A stretch of DNA of 64,000 bases from a virus. Lineage: Duplodnaviria; Caudoviricetes. Positions 26,173 to 35,914 of the stretch are shown piece by piece; the stretch's first letter is position 1; each line of letters starts with the position of its first letter. The stretch covers positions 1-64,000 of the IMG/VR virus record IMGVR_UViG_3300032292_000698, one strand, 5' to 3'. The notes beneath the pieces were generated by a model. The model did not search any database, was not told the DNA's origin, and saw only the letters and a program-made list of their open reading frames with translations. Position numbers and translations under genes: made by a program.

Positions 26173-27137
26173 TTGCGTAGATCAGTTAGCAACTTACTGA
26201 TACAAGCCATCAAAGCGATTTCCTTCAACGGAGGTATCAACAAACTACACTGATACATATATTCGGCAATAACAATTGTAGCGATTGCTTGTTTGCCATT
26301 AGCAAATTCATCAACCTTCTGATACAATACGGCAAAGTAATCATCATAGGTCTTGATCTTCTGATCAGCGAGAAACTGACGAATTTCATTGAAAGCGGCA
26401 GGCTTACCAATTCCATTCTTGATCATATCTACCAACTTCTGATGCGTATCAGTCTTCAACGACGATTCCTTGTTAATCGTCAACTTACCCTCATGTGTGG
26501 ACTGTTGTGCCACATTGATAATCTTGCGAATATCCGGATAATAATTGTTAACGATATAAGCCAGATCATCATTCTGGTACTGAACATTCTCTGTCTTGAG
26601 AATCTTTGTCAAATGAACCGCAACCGAAACCTTGGTCATCGGAGCGATCTCAAATGTCATACAACGTGAAACAATCGGCAGAATCATCTTCTCATGATAG
26701 TTACACGTCAGAATAAACCTCGTAGACATACTGAACGTCTCCATAAGATTACGAAGAGCAGCCTGAGCTTCAGGTGACATATAATCACACTCATCAAGAA
26801 TGATAACCTTCAGCGGTTTGATTCCAACACACGAAGCAAAACTCTTGATCTTGGTTCGAACGTTGTCAACCTTGTTTTCATCAGAAGCGTTGATATACAA
26901 CACATCACAATTGATCTGTTTGGTCAACAACTTAGCAAGAGTAGTCTTGCCAGTACCAGCACCACCATACAACATCAAATGTGGGATGTTCTGTTGATCA
27001 ATGTAAGCCTTGATCGTAGTAATGATGTTTTCATTGCCGATATAGTTTTCAAGAGTTGTGGGTCGATACTTCTCAACCCACAAACTATGAACCTTTTTAT
27101 CGTCAGTATGACTAACCTCTTCAAAAAAGGCATCCAT
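26169..27137 (-). CDS. Clamp loader ATPase subunit (gp44/RFC-like)
   Basis: LWVEKYRP, GGAGTGKTT, INASDE, ILDECD, QAALRNLME, SRC. Confidence 0.95.
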   Translation of the reverse strand: MDAFFEEVSHTDDKKVHSLWVEKYRPTTLENYIGNENIITTIKAYIDQQNIPHLMLYGGAGTGKTTLAKLLTKQINCDVLYINASDENKVDNVRTKIKSFASCVGIKPLKVIILDECDYMSPEAQAALRNLMETFSMSTRFILTCNYHEKMILPIVSRCMTFEIAPMTKVSVAVHLTKILKTENVQYQNDDLAYIVNNYYPDIRKIINVAQQSTHEGKLTINKESSLKTDTHQKLVDMIKNGIGKPAAFNEIRQFLADQKIKTYDDYFAVLYQKVDEFANGKQAIATIVIAEYMYQCSLLIPPLKEIALMACISKLLTDLRK

Positions 27138-27142
27138 AATAA

Positions 27143-27886
27143 TTAGTCGTTAGCTTGAACCGGACCAAAGTGATACACCGAATTAAACGTATCAGTATTG
27201 AAAGAAACTGAAGCAAGTCCTGCCTCAGACACCTTCAACACAGCATTCTCACACTCACTGTTAGCATCCAACACCGCCTTGAAGAAGTCAGCGTTGAAAT
27301 TCAACGGCTTCTCCAACTTGGGAGTACCACTCTTGATCGGAACATCCAACGTAACACGGTTGCTGTTGATCGAAGCATAGCCAATAACCAACTGTACCTT
27401 CTTGGTCTTCTTGTTCATCAACAGAGTGAACTTGGTTTCCTCAGACAAAGCATCCTTGGCACTACGATACTTTGCAATGAAGTCCTCAGTCAGATCAATC
27501 TCAAAATGATACGGAGGTTCAGTCTTGAGACGTGAAGACTTAGGAATAACCGTCAGTTCAGCCGTCATAAACTGAATTTCAGAAGTTCCGTCAGCGAAAG
27601 TCAACGACGTAACACGTCCGTCATTTTCGTTAACGTTAACAGTGATGTCATTGCCCAACGCCTTCAACATCTTTTGAAGCTTGTCGGTATCATACACACC
27701 GATTTCCAAATTCGTGGTGAGGTCGGAGAAATCCTTCCAAAACACGTCATACACCAAACTCTTATCGTTTGTGATTGCACTCACACCAAGTTGCTTATCC
27801 TTAACGGAAACGGTCCACTTGACTGCGGTGACTTCTCCATTCAGAGAATACTTACTAATGAATTTTTGTAGATTTGTCTTTGTCAT
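27143..27886 (-). CDS. Sliding clamp (gp45/PCNA-like)
   Basis: 247 aa, IGVYDTDKLQKML, FNADFFKAVLDAN...LKVSEAGLASVSF; directly upstream of the clamp loader. Confidence 0.8.
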   Translation of the reverse strand: MTKTNLQKFISKYSLNGEVTAVKWTVSVKDKQLGVSAITNDKSLVYDVFWKDFSDLTTNLEIGVYDTDKLQKMLKALGNDITVNVNENDGRVTSLTFADGTSEIQFMTAELTVIPKSSRLKTEPPYHFEIDLTEDFIAKYRSAKDALSEETKFTLLMNKKTKKVQLVIGYASINSNRVTLDVPIKSGTPKLEKPLNFNADFFKAVLDANSECENAVLKVSEAGLASVSFNTDTFNSVYHFGPVQAND

Positions 27887-27907
27887 AACTTTTTAATTGT
27901 TCCTCAT

Positions 27908-27936
27908 ACTATAGTCTAACTGATTTGATTTGTCCA
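27908..27936 (-). promoter_or_regulatory. Sigma70-type promoter for clamp and clamp loader
   Basis: TGGACA-17nt-TATAGT on the minus strand. Confidence 0.6.
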
Positions 27937-27937
27937 T

Positions 27938-28399
27938 TTAATTTATCCAATATTCGTTCTCAAACTGTTCAGGAAATTCTTTCACAAAATCCGTACATAT
28001 CGCATGGCACTTGGTAAGATCTCCCACCCACCCCTTTTCTGGCAAAACACACACACTTTCAGGATACAGCTGTTTGCCCGGATAGGTCCAAATGTACTGT
28101 TTGCTGGTCAATACCCAATCTTCGGTGGTATGCCAAAATACGTTAACTGAATAATCTTGTACCAACATATGAAATGCATCTCCATTTTTTGCATGAAGCC
28201 AAAACTTACGATTGGTTAGAAAATCATACTTGATATCATATACAGGACCATCATGTCCTAAATACCATTTGTGATCAACATACCATACGTCAATTTCAAC
28301 GTCATGTCCAGCACGTTCGGCAAGTTTAACGTAATCCGGATGGTTTTCTCTTTCGGGAGTTGGTCCGCTTAAATTACCTCGGTGTGCTATTAACTTCAT
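27938..28399 (-). CDS. Short GDPD/PI-PLC-like phosphodiesterase
   Basis: IAHRGN, EN, VEIDVW, LGHD, WLHAKN, ICTD. Confidence 0.8.
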   Translation of the reverse strand: MKLIAHRGNLSGPTPERENHPDYVKLAERAGHDVEIDVWYVDHKWYLGHDGPVYDIKYDFLTNRKFWLHAKNGDAFHMLVQDYSVNVFWHTTEDWVLTSKQYIWTYPGKQLYPESVCVLPEKGWVGDLTKCHAICTDFVKEFPEQFENEYWIN

Positions 28400-29753
28400 A
28401 GTTTTTCAAAAAGTGTTCCAAGTCTTCTGGTGTTCCAAGTCCCCACATCTTTTCGATGTTGAATGTACGAATACGTTTACCGTCAGCAATTGCTTCATTA
28501 AACACCGGACAAACATAAAACTCATTGTTTACACGAATGTTCTTAGCAATCATCTGTTCAGCATACTTTACATAGTCACTACCACGTCTCCAATAGTATA
28601 TGCCTACCGTCGCCACGTCACTTATAGGACGCTTTTCTGCAACTTCGGTCACATATCCAAGTTGGTCGAGTTTTGCATAACTCCACTTGGGATGCGTAGA
28701 CTTGAACGTAAGAATGTTACCATCCAAATCAGAGGTTGTCGAGGTATAAATAAACTCCTCATTGTTCCATTCAACAAACTGATCACTGTTGGCAATAATC
28801 AACGGTTCATCTTTGTCAATGTATTGTTTAGCCAATAATGTGGTACAAGCAGCACCTTCAGTGATTCCTTCCACCTGAACAATTTCGTTGTTTGGACAAA
28901 AGTTGTTGAGGGTATCTTTGAGATTGTACTTTTCAAAATGACTCTTTTGAACGATAAAGATATACTTGGCTTCTACATTCAAGTTATCCACTACCCACTG
29001 AATCATCGGCTTTCCACGAACATCAATCAAAGGCTTTGGAAATGTATATCCAGCCTTTTCAAATCTACTACCTGCTCCTGCCATCGGTATTAAAACATTC
29101 ATTGTTCCTCCTTGCCATTTGGGCCTTTTAACATTTTTGTTGATACAGTCAATGTGTTCCATGATTCTTTCATAGGTTACATCATGTGGATTGTTGACTC
29201 CAAGTAAATACGCACCACTGTTGTTTGCAGCATTACGTCCAATAACACTATCTTCAACGATCAACGTTTCTTTGGGTGTAACACCAGACTCAATCATCGC
29301 CCTCAAATAAATCTCAGGATGTGGTTTTGGATATTTTACATCCTCATTTGATAAGTAAAAATCAACATACTCCAAAAATCCCAGTTTCAAAAGCGTAATC
29401 TTAACACTGTCACGAATGCTATTACTAGCAACCGCAATTTGACACTTTTGTCTCAACTTTCTGAGAACTTCAATTAGTCGAACATCTGGTTGTAACTCTC
29501 TTAACATCTGAGAAGTATACAGTTGTTTACGCATCCATATACTTTCAAACTCCATTCCACTCAGTCCCTTTTCTCTACCAAGTATGTCCAACTTCTTGTA
29601 TGTACTCAAACCATCGTATTTGGAAAGATGTTCATCATATGAAATCTCATACTTGGAGTCAACATCCCGTAATGATTTATTCAAAGCATCATAATGCAAT
29701 TTCTTAGTTTCAACCAATACTCCATCCAAATCAAATACGATCAGTTTAATCAT
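28374..29753 (-). CDS. HAD phosphatase fused to sugar nucleotidyltransferase-like domain
   Basis: FDLDGVL, KPHPEIY, VEDS..G (HAD); LIPMAGAGSRF..AGY.FPKPLI, EGAACT, ANSDQ, GLGTPEDL. Confidence 0.88.
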   Translation of the reverse strand: MIKLIVFDLDGVLVETKKLHYDALNKSLRDVDSKYEISYDEHLSKYDGLSTYKKLDILGREKGLSGMEFESIWMRKQLYTSQMLRELQPDVRLIEVLRKLRQKCQIAVASNSIRDSVKITLLKLGFLEYVDFYLSNEDVKYPKPHPEIYLRAMIESGVTPKETLIVEDSVIGRNAANNSGAYLLGVNNPHDVTYERIMEHIDCINKNVKRPKWQGGTMNVLIPMAGAGSRFEKAGYTFPKPLIDVRGKPMIQWVVDNLNVEAKYIFIVQKSHFEKYNLKDTLNNFCPNNEIVQVEGITEGAACTTLLAKQYIDKDEPLIIANSDQFVEWNNEEFIYTSTTSDLDGNILTFKSTHPKWSYAKLDQLGYVTEVAEKRPISDVATVGIYYWRRGSDYVKYAEQMIAKNIRVNNEFYVCPVFNEAIADGKRIRTFNIEKMWGLGTPEDLEHFLKNYEVNSTPR

Positions 29754-30553
29754 ACACATTTCTCAATCTTAAAGTCGGCATATTTGCATCCAAAGTAATC
29801 ATAGATATATTCAAAATACAAATATTTGAATACACCCTCTGGCATACGTTTAGGCATAACTAATATTGAGTTTGGAAGTAAAGTTTTTATATTGTACAAT
29901 TCAAACTGACGTTTAAATAAAAGATGTGAAATGCAATTATTACAATCAATACACAGCTTAATAATATCGTCATACACTTTACAGTACACATAAAACGGAT
30001 CGTGTTTAGCAATACAGAAATTGTCATCAATCCATCCATTTCCACAGCCATATATTTTTCCGTCAATATGAACAACATGATCAACGTGAGTAATAATGTT
30101 GTTGTCTGTCAAACAATACAAATGATCCGGATCAAATGGTCTGTGAAGACCTACATCAGGACGAAGACGTATATAATAATCATACTTCGTATTGTTCTGC
30201 TGTTCATATTCTTTGACTATACTAAACAGTCTATTCAATTTATATAGCCAATACAGTGTGTTGGACACTTTATTGTCTTGTGTATGTTGATACGTTTGAA
30301 CCAACTGTTGATGTTCTCTGAAGTTTTTTATCAGTCCACTTGTATATGGTGTAAAACTTTCAACGTCTATAACCTTCCAATACTCAAGATACGCGTTGAT
30401 GCATGGATCTGTTGTATATTCTTTCCAGAATGATCCAAACATATCAACTTGATGGCCCGCCGATTTGAGAGGGCCAATCAAGTTCTCCAGATTCAAATCG
30501 ACAACTCTGTCAAACAAATCTGTTCTACCCGACATCAATATAGCGATCTTCAT
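29750..30553 (-). CDS. Putative glycan-biosynthesis protein
   Basis: MKIAILMSG, YDYYIRLRPD, DDNF. Confidence 0.6.
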   Translation of the reverse strand: MKIAILMSGRTDLFDRVVDLNLENLIGPLKSAGHQVDMFGSFWKEYTTDPCINAYLEYWKVIDVESFTPYTSGLIKNFREHQQLVQTYQHTQDNKVSNTLYWLYKLNRLFSIVKEYEQQNNTKYDYYIRLRPDVGLHRPFDPDHLYCLTDNNIITHVDHVVHIDGKIYGCGNGWIDDNFCIAKHDPFYVYCKVYDDIIKLCIDCNNCISHLLFKRQFELYNIKTLLPNSILVMPKRMPEGVFKYLYFEYIYDYFGCKYADFKIEKCV

Positions 30554-30555
30554 AA

Positions 30556-33099
30556 TTAGAATTCAAAAAAGTTTGCTGCAGCTTCCCAATTTTCATTGGG
30601 ATAATCCCACTTCAACACGTTGTAGAACTCCATCAACTTGCTCTTGAGTTCCTGTTCATACATTGCATCTCTGTCAATATACTTCTCAATAAAGTCCAAA
30701 ATAGGTTGTGGATCTGTTCCGTCAGCCTTCATAGCCATACACTCCACTCCAAACTCATTTTGTTTTACATAAACCCACTTGATCTTTTGTCCGTGAAATA
30801 TTGGCGGAATAATCTTTGTGAGACCATACTTTTCCAATAGATCGTTGTAAATCAAAGCAGCTTTCACCTGAGCAGGAGTTCCACTGATAATTTGAAACGG
30901 CTGTCTCCCCTTCGGATTGTAATCCTTCTTCTTATCCAGACTCTTGAACTTCACACTGGTATTCTTAGCAAGTTCAATGATGGTATACTCTTTCATTTTG
31001 GATTTGAAATCCAAAATCTTCTTATTGATGGTTTGTTCATCCACGTTCTTCAGAAAGTCAATCAGAATTTCTTTCATGAACACACGGAACTTGGCAGGAA
31101 ACGAAGTTCGTACAACGTCAATTCCCTTGACTTCCAATTCGTCACATTCCACACCACCCTTGTTGATGATGAACTGACAATACCGTTTCTTTGCCAACCA
31201 GAAAGATGACTTGGAAATCACTTCTTGTTTTGCATCAAATCGATGGTTCTTGACATTAAACAAACGAAGTGCCATCACATCAAACATCTTGTTGACATAG
31301 TTTTGAGCTTCACCTGTTACTTTCAGAATAGCTTCAGTCATTTGCTTTTCATCATTCATATCAATGTCGGGCATCGTTTTCTTGATGATTGGCAAAGCAC
31401 TAGCAAAACATGAATCGGTATCAACGTAGATTACATAATCCTCTCCTTTAGCATCTTCGCCAAGAACGTTTCTGTAATATTGATTGATCGCCATGTTTGC
31501 TGTCTTAATGATACTGACACCACTCAAGGTTACAGCTTCAGCGTTGTCCTTATCATAAAACCGAAACACTGGCAGACCCAAACAACCGTAAATGGAGTTG
31601 AGCAAAATCTTTTGCACCTTCTGACGTTGATCGTAGAACTCATACATTTCCCAATTCTTTTCTTCAGCATACTTACTGGCCATCTTACGCATTTCTTTGC
31701 GTTGATTGAACCACTTAATCAAAATGCTTGGAATTGTACCTTCTTGTCCCGTTTCTTTTGGCAAACGATACACAGCACCATTACTAGCAACACTCAGATT
31801 ATTCTGAATCAACATGTCACTGAACTCTTTGGCACTATACTTTTGACCACTCAAGATCACTTCACTCAATTTTCCCCGAACAAAGTCTTCAGCATTCCAG
31901 TTTTCAACCTTAGCTATCTTGGTCTCAGGGCTGATGTTAAGGCTGATGATGATATTCGGATACATTGATGTGAGGTCCAAATCAAACACCCAGTTATACC
32001 TGCCAGGAACAGGATCTTTAACAAACGCACCTTCAAATCCCTCTTCTCCTTCTTCAAGTCGTTGTTCATATTCTTCTCGTCCTTCCACTGGTTTATTTGG
32101 AGCAACACGTCCCTGACGACGCAAATACATCAAAATTGCACCTTCAAGATAACGTGATGAAGTTCCAAATTGTTCATATCCAACGTGTCCGGTATGACAA
32201 ATACGACGAGCCAGATCAATGAATTGTAACTTTTTATCCAAAGCCACAACGATCTTAACGTCGTTCAAGTTGTAATCAATGTACTTCTTGATGTCGTCCC
32301 TGTACAAGTCATTCAAACTTCCGGTATAACTGATCTTTTCGATATTGACCACCTTTTTACCGATAGCACCTAGAGTGTAACTTGGTTCATTCTTACCACT
32401 GAACTTCTGATACAAAGTCAGATAGTCCATACAAGATACACCAGCCACAACCATACGTTTGGAATACGTATTGTAATAACACTCCTGAATGGGACTCAAC
32501 CGTTTGGCAAAGTGAACACCCATCACTCGTTTGATACGATTATACAAATACGGCACGTCGAATCCGTCAATGTTCCATCCTGTAATGATCGTAGGTTGAA
32601 TTTCTTCCCACTTGTTCATGAAATGACTAATCAACGACTCTTCGTTATCATAACTCAGAATTGTAGTTTCTTCAGTCTCACTGTCTTGAAGTTTACCTTC
32701 TTTGTCCAAGATAAAGGCGGTATACTTCTTCGTCACAGAATCATACAAAGCAATAGCAGTAAGTTCCTTGTCTCCTTCTTCCACAACGGGAAATCCACCT
32801 TCGGAACTCACCTCAATATCGAAAAAGACAACACGATGTCCCTTGGAAGGTTCATCACTATCCTCATAAGCATCAATCAAGACACGTGTTTCAGAAGGAA
32901 CATCTCCTTCAAAAACAGACGGATCATTTCGATTGAACATGGTGACCTTTTCAAGTTCATCACCATACACTGAACGATACCGTCCTCCGGGTTTCTTACG
33001 ATACGCATACTTTGGCATGGGAAACTTGACATAACCCTTTTCGTCATCCCACAAATGCACTTCATCAGTCTTTTTGTCGATATAAATGTTCTGATACAT
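30556..33099 (-). CDS. Family B DNA polymerase (gp43-like)
   Basis: ExoI FDIEV, ExoII GWNIDGFD, ExoIII YNLND; DLTSMYP, KILLNSIYG, YVDTDS, KKRY. No intein seen. Confidence 0.97.
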   Translation of the reverse strand: MYQNIYIDKKTDEVHLWDDEKGYVKFPMPKYAYRKKPGGRYRSVYGDELEKVTMFNRNDPSVFEGDVPSETRVLIDAYEDSDEPSKGHRVVFFDIEVSSEGGFPVVEEGDKELTAIALYDSVTKKYTAFILDKEGKLQDSETEETTILSYDNEESLISHFMNKWEEIQPTIITGWNIDGFDVPYLYNRIKRVMGVHFAKRLSPIQECYYNTYSKRMVVAGVSCMDYLTLYQKFSGKNEPSYTLGAIGKKVVNIEKISYTGSLNDLYRDDIKKYIDYNLNDVKIVVALDKKLQFIDLARRICHTGHVGYEQFGTSSRYLEGAILMYLRRQGRVAPNKPVEGREEYEQRLEEGEEGFEGAFVKDPVPGRYNWVFDLDLTSMYPNIIISLNISPETKIAKVENWNAEDFVRGKLSEVILSGQKYSAKEFSDMLIQNNLSVASNGAVYRLPKETGQEGTIPSILIKWFNQRKEMRKMASKYAEEKNWEMYEFYDQRQKVQKILLNSIYGCLGLPVFRFYDKDNAEAVTLSGVSIIKTANMAINQYYRNVLGEDAKGEDYVIYVDTDSCFASALPIIKKTMPDIDMNDEKQMTEAILKVTGEAQNYVNKMFDVMALRLFNVKNHRFDAKQEVISKSSFWLAKKRYCQFIINKGGVECDELEVKGIDVVRTSFPAKFRVFMKEILIDFLKNVDEQTINKKILDFKSKMKEYTIIELAKNTSVKFKSLDKKKDYNPKGRQPFQIISGTPAQVKAALIYNDLLEKYGLTKIIPPIFHGQKIKWVYVKQNEFGVECMAMKADGTDPQPILDFIEKYIDRDAMYEQELKSKLMEFYNVLKWDYPNENWEAAANFFEF

Positions 33100-33102
33100 A
33101 AC

Positions 33103-33333
33103 TTATTGAATTTCCAACTTTGCTTTTAGACTATCATAGATAGGACGATGTTCGTCTTTGATGTTGTCTTTTAACTGCCCGATTCTATGTACAAGCCAAC
33201 CATGTTTGATAGAAGGAAAAATTGCTGGTTCCATTTCAATACCAACGATGGCAGGTTTATAGACTTTGTTGATCATAAACCATAACATGGCAGTTTCATC
33301 CTCAGTTAGAGAATGTAATTGTTCTAATCTCAT
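33103..33333 (-). CDS. Hypothetical protein
   Basis: 76-aa ORF in the operon upstream of the polymerase. Confidence 0.6.
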   Translation of the reverse strand: MRLEQLHSLTEDETAMLWFMINKVYKPAIVGIEMEPAIFPSIKHGWLVHRIGQLKDNIKDEHRPIYDSLKAKLEIQ

Positions 33334-33364
33334 TTTATAACCTTAATTGATGAGTGACAAAATG

Positions 33365-34120
33365 TCAATCTATTCTAACGCCCCGAACTGTTTTGTCAAT
33401 TATACAAAATCGAACATGTTTGGCATCTTCATCTACGGCGTTTACACCCAATAGATATGACTCACCGTCTCCCTTAGCAGTTTCTTTAATTGAGAAAATG
33501 TTTCCACGTCGCATGGTATCAACACCACGTCCCTGAAATTTAGGAGCAGGAACAATCACCACAGTTTGATTGGCTTTTACGTTTTCTTTGCGTTTTGAAG
33601 AGTTATCCAAGATTACAGCAGAACCGTCAAGAACAATCACCACCGTGGTACGATCATCAGCCTGAATGACAAATTTACCTTTGGACAAAATAATTGATGC
33701 CAAAGACGTATTGATTGTGGCAATAGATGACGTATCACCGCCCTGATTAGAGTATACATCCAACTCGCCAGATATCAACGAAATTGATTTTGTATACGTT
33801 GAATACTTGGTTTTTGTTGGCAGTTCGTTTAGGTTATCAAACGTTTGATCAAAGTTGTCAACGGTCAAATGTGCAGTTTCTTTAACGTTGACATACACAT
33901 CATTGGAAAATGCTACGGTGACTTCCGAGTTGGTTGATGTTTTGAATGCATAATTGTTTCCATTAACGGTATATGTTTGTCCAATTGTAGGGGCGTTGGT
34001 TGACAACACGTTATTTTTCACATTTTCCAAAACTACTTCACCTGATGATTTTTGAATGTAGAATACGCCATTAGCGTAAACTGAGAAAGTGAACAACAGT
34101 GAGATTAATATATTCTTCAT
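33365..34120 (-). CDS. Secreted FecR-domain-like protein
   Basis: Signal peptide ending SVYA; T..NSEVTVAFSN, ISLISGEL, INTSLASI..KGKFVI, VIVLDGSA. Confidence 0.65.
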   Translation of the reverse strand: MKNILISLLFTFSVYANGVFYIQKSSGEVVLENVKNNVLSTNAPTIGQTYTVNGNNYAFKTSTNSEVTVAFSNDVYVNVKETAHLTVDNFDQTFDNLNELPTKTKYSTYTKSISLISGELDVYSNQGGDTSSIATINTSLASIILSKGKFVIQADDRTTVVIVLDGSAVILDNSSKRKENVKANQTVVIVPAPKFQGRGVDTMRRGNIFSIKETAKGDGESYLLGVNAVDEDAKHVRFCIIDKTVRGVRID

Positions 34121-34171
34121 ACGTTTATAAGATGTAGACTTTTGGGATTGAGTCTGATACTCTATATAAGT

Positions 34172-35080
34172 ATGTCTGATATTAAAGAAGAAAAAAACAA
34201 AAAGACGGTCAGCTTTTCACAATATTCTGGATGGTTCAAGTGTCCCCACAGTTGGTACCTCAATTATTTGAAAGGTTTGCGTACTTATGAAGCCAGTCTA
34301 AATACCTGTTTTGGTACTGCCATTCACAATACGATTCAAGATTATATTAAGTCACTTTACACTGAGGGTCCAGAAGTTGCAGATGAAATGGATCTTGTTA
34401 AGAAGTTTCGTGAGGACTTTAACAAGATTTTAGCTGAAGAAAAACACACCATCAAAGAACCATTCACTGACGATGATGTCACTGGATTTCTGTTTGACGG
34501 CGAAGATATTCTAAAAACCTTCAGTAATTCTGCCAATCGAATCAAGTATTTTCCAAGCAGAAAGTATGAATTTATCGGAGTTGAACTTCCCTTGGATGTT
34601 CCGATCAAAAACAACGTGCGGTTCATTGCGTATGTTGATTTGATTCTACGTGATAGGACCAACGGTAAATACAAGATTTGGGATTTCAAGACCAGTGCAA
34701 TGGGTTGGAACAAGTATCAACTTGCAGATGAAAGTAAATACGCACAGTTGTTGCTGTACAAGGCATTTTACGCAAAGCAATTTAATGTTCCTCTTGAGTC
34801 GATTGATGTTGAGTTCTTCATTTTGAAGCGTAAACTGTATGAGAACGTGGCTTTCCCACAAAGCCGTATTCAGATTTTTGAACCGTCTCATACCAAGAGT
34901 TACGTTTCCAAGTCGTTGGTTACATTTACATCGTTCATTGATGAATGTTTTACTCCAGAAGGAACTTACAAGGAAGATGGTTATTATCCAAAAGTTCCCG
35001 GTAAAGCCAAAAAGAATTGTAAGTATTGTACTCATTACAAAACCAATTGTGATGGCAAAGAAACTAAAGACGATAATTAA
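34172..35080 (+). CDS. PD-(D/E)XK nuclease, Cas4/AddB-like with four-Cys Fe-S staple
   Basis: SFSQY...KCP, FGTAIH, VE, YVDLI, IWDFKTS, QLLLY, C-terminal CKYC.....C. Confidence 0.88.
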   Translation: MSDIKEEKNKKTVSFSQYSGWFKCPHSWYLNYLKGLRTYEASLNTCFGTAIHNTIQDYIKSLYTEGPEVADEMDLVKKFREDFNKILAEEKHTIKEPFTDDDVTGFLFDGEDILKTFSNSANRIKYFPSRKYEFIGVELPLDVPIKNNVRFIAYVDLILRDRTNGKYKIWDFKTSAMGWNKYQLADESKYAQLLLYKAFYAKQFNVPLESIDVEFFILKRKLYENVAFPQSRIQIFEPSHTKSYVSKSLVTFTSFIDECFTPEGTYKEDGYYPKVPGKAKKNCKYCTHYKTNCDGKETKDDN

Positions 35081-35094
35081 AAATAAGACGCTCG

Positions 35095-35108
35095 TATATG
35101 CGCATATA
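35095..35108. promoter_or_regulatory. 14-bp palindrome, possible operator
   Basis: TATATGCGCATATA, 22 nt upstream of the RHH gene. Confidence 0.4.
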
Positions 35109-35130
35109 TGTATATTCAAATATACAAGTT

Positions 35131-35358
35131 ATGTCTAAATCATTTACGAGCGTCAAGGTTGACAAGGACGTATACGAACAATTCAAACAAAGTTGCATCA
35201 ACCGCAAATTTCACCTACAGGATTTGGTAAATAGATCGTTATATTTGTTTATGAACGATTCTGAATTTAGAGATACAGTGTACAATTACAATGTGCCTGT
35301 ATTGTCAAAGGAAAGTCAAGAAACCGTTTTACCAAGTCTTCAACAAACTCAACAATAA
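35131..35358 (+). CDS. Ribbon-helix-helix-like DNA-binding protein
   Basis: FTSVKVDKDVYEQFKQ.C...LQDLVNRSLYLF. Confidence 0.7.
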   Translation: MSKSFTSVKVDKDVYEQFKQSCINRKFHLQDLVNRSLYLFMNDSEFRDTVYNYNVPVLSKESQETVLPSLQQTQQ

Positions 35359-35361
35359 GTT

Positions 35362-35913
35362 ATGGCAAAAAAGAAAATTCTATTGCTCAGCGATGATCTG
35401 AGAATGCATAGTGGCGTCTCTACAATGAGTCGTGAATTAGTTATGGGAACCATTCATCATTATGATTGGGTTCAAATTGCAGGAGCTATTAACCATCCTG
35501 ATAAAGGAAAGGTTATTAACATGTCTGATGAAGTCCAAAAAGGAACAGGTGTCAAAGATGCATACGTGGTTCTATATCCCACTGCTGGATATGGTAGCGA
35601 TGACATTTTGTACGCTGTTATGGCACGTGAAAATCCAGATGTCATAATGCACTTCACCGATCCTCGTTATTGGACATGGTTATATGCTATTGAACGTGAA
35701 CTTCGTAAGAAGATTCCCATTACATACCTAAACATCTGGGACGATCTACCATATCCAATGTGGAACAAACCTTTCTATGAAAGTTGTGACGCTTTGTTTA
35801 GTATCAGCAAACAAACCTATAACATCAACAAATGGGTACTAGGACCAGAAAATTGTACTTCAATTGACGGTGACTTTGATAAAGATGGAAATGTAGTAAA
35901 GGAGAACGTATAA
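35362..35913 (+). CDS. GT4 glycosyltransferase, N-terminal domain only
   Basis: KILLLSDDLRMHSGVSTMSRE, PDVIMHFTDPR, IWDDLPYP, SISKQT. Confidence 0.82.
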   Translation: MAKKKILLLSDDLRMHSGVSTMSRELVMGTIHHYDWVQIAGAINHPDKGKVINMSDEVQKGTGVKDAYVVLYPTAGYGSDDILYAVMARENPDVIMHFTDPRYWTWLYAIERELRKKIPITYLNIWDDLPYPMWNKPFYESCDALFSISKQTYNINKWVLGPENCTSIDGDFDKDGNVVKENV

Positions 35914-35914
35914 T

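Noticed and set aside
30556-33099. Intein or intron in the DNA polymerase (also checked helicase, clamp loader and thyA)
   Set aside because: Lengths and motif spacing are normal. The thyA insertion of about 40 aa lacks splicing motifs.
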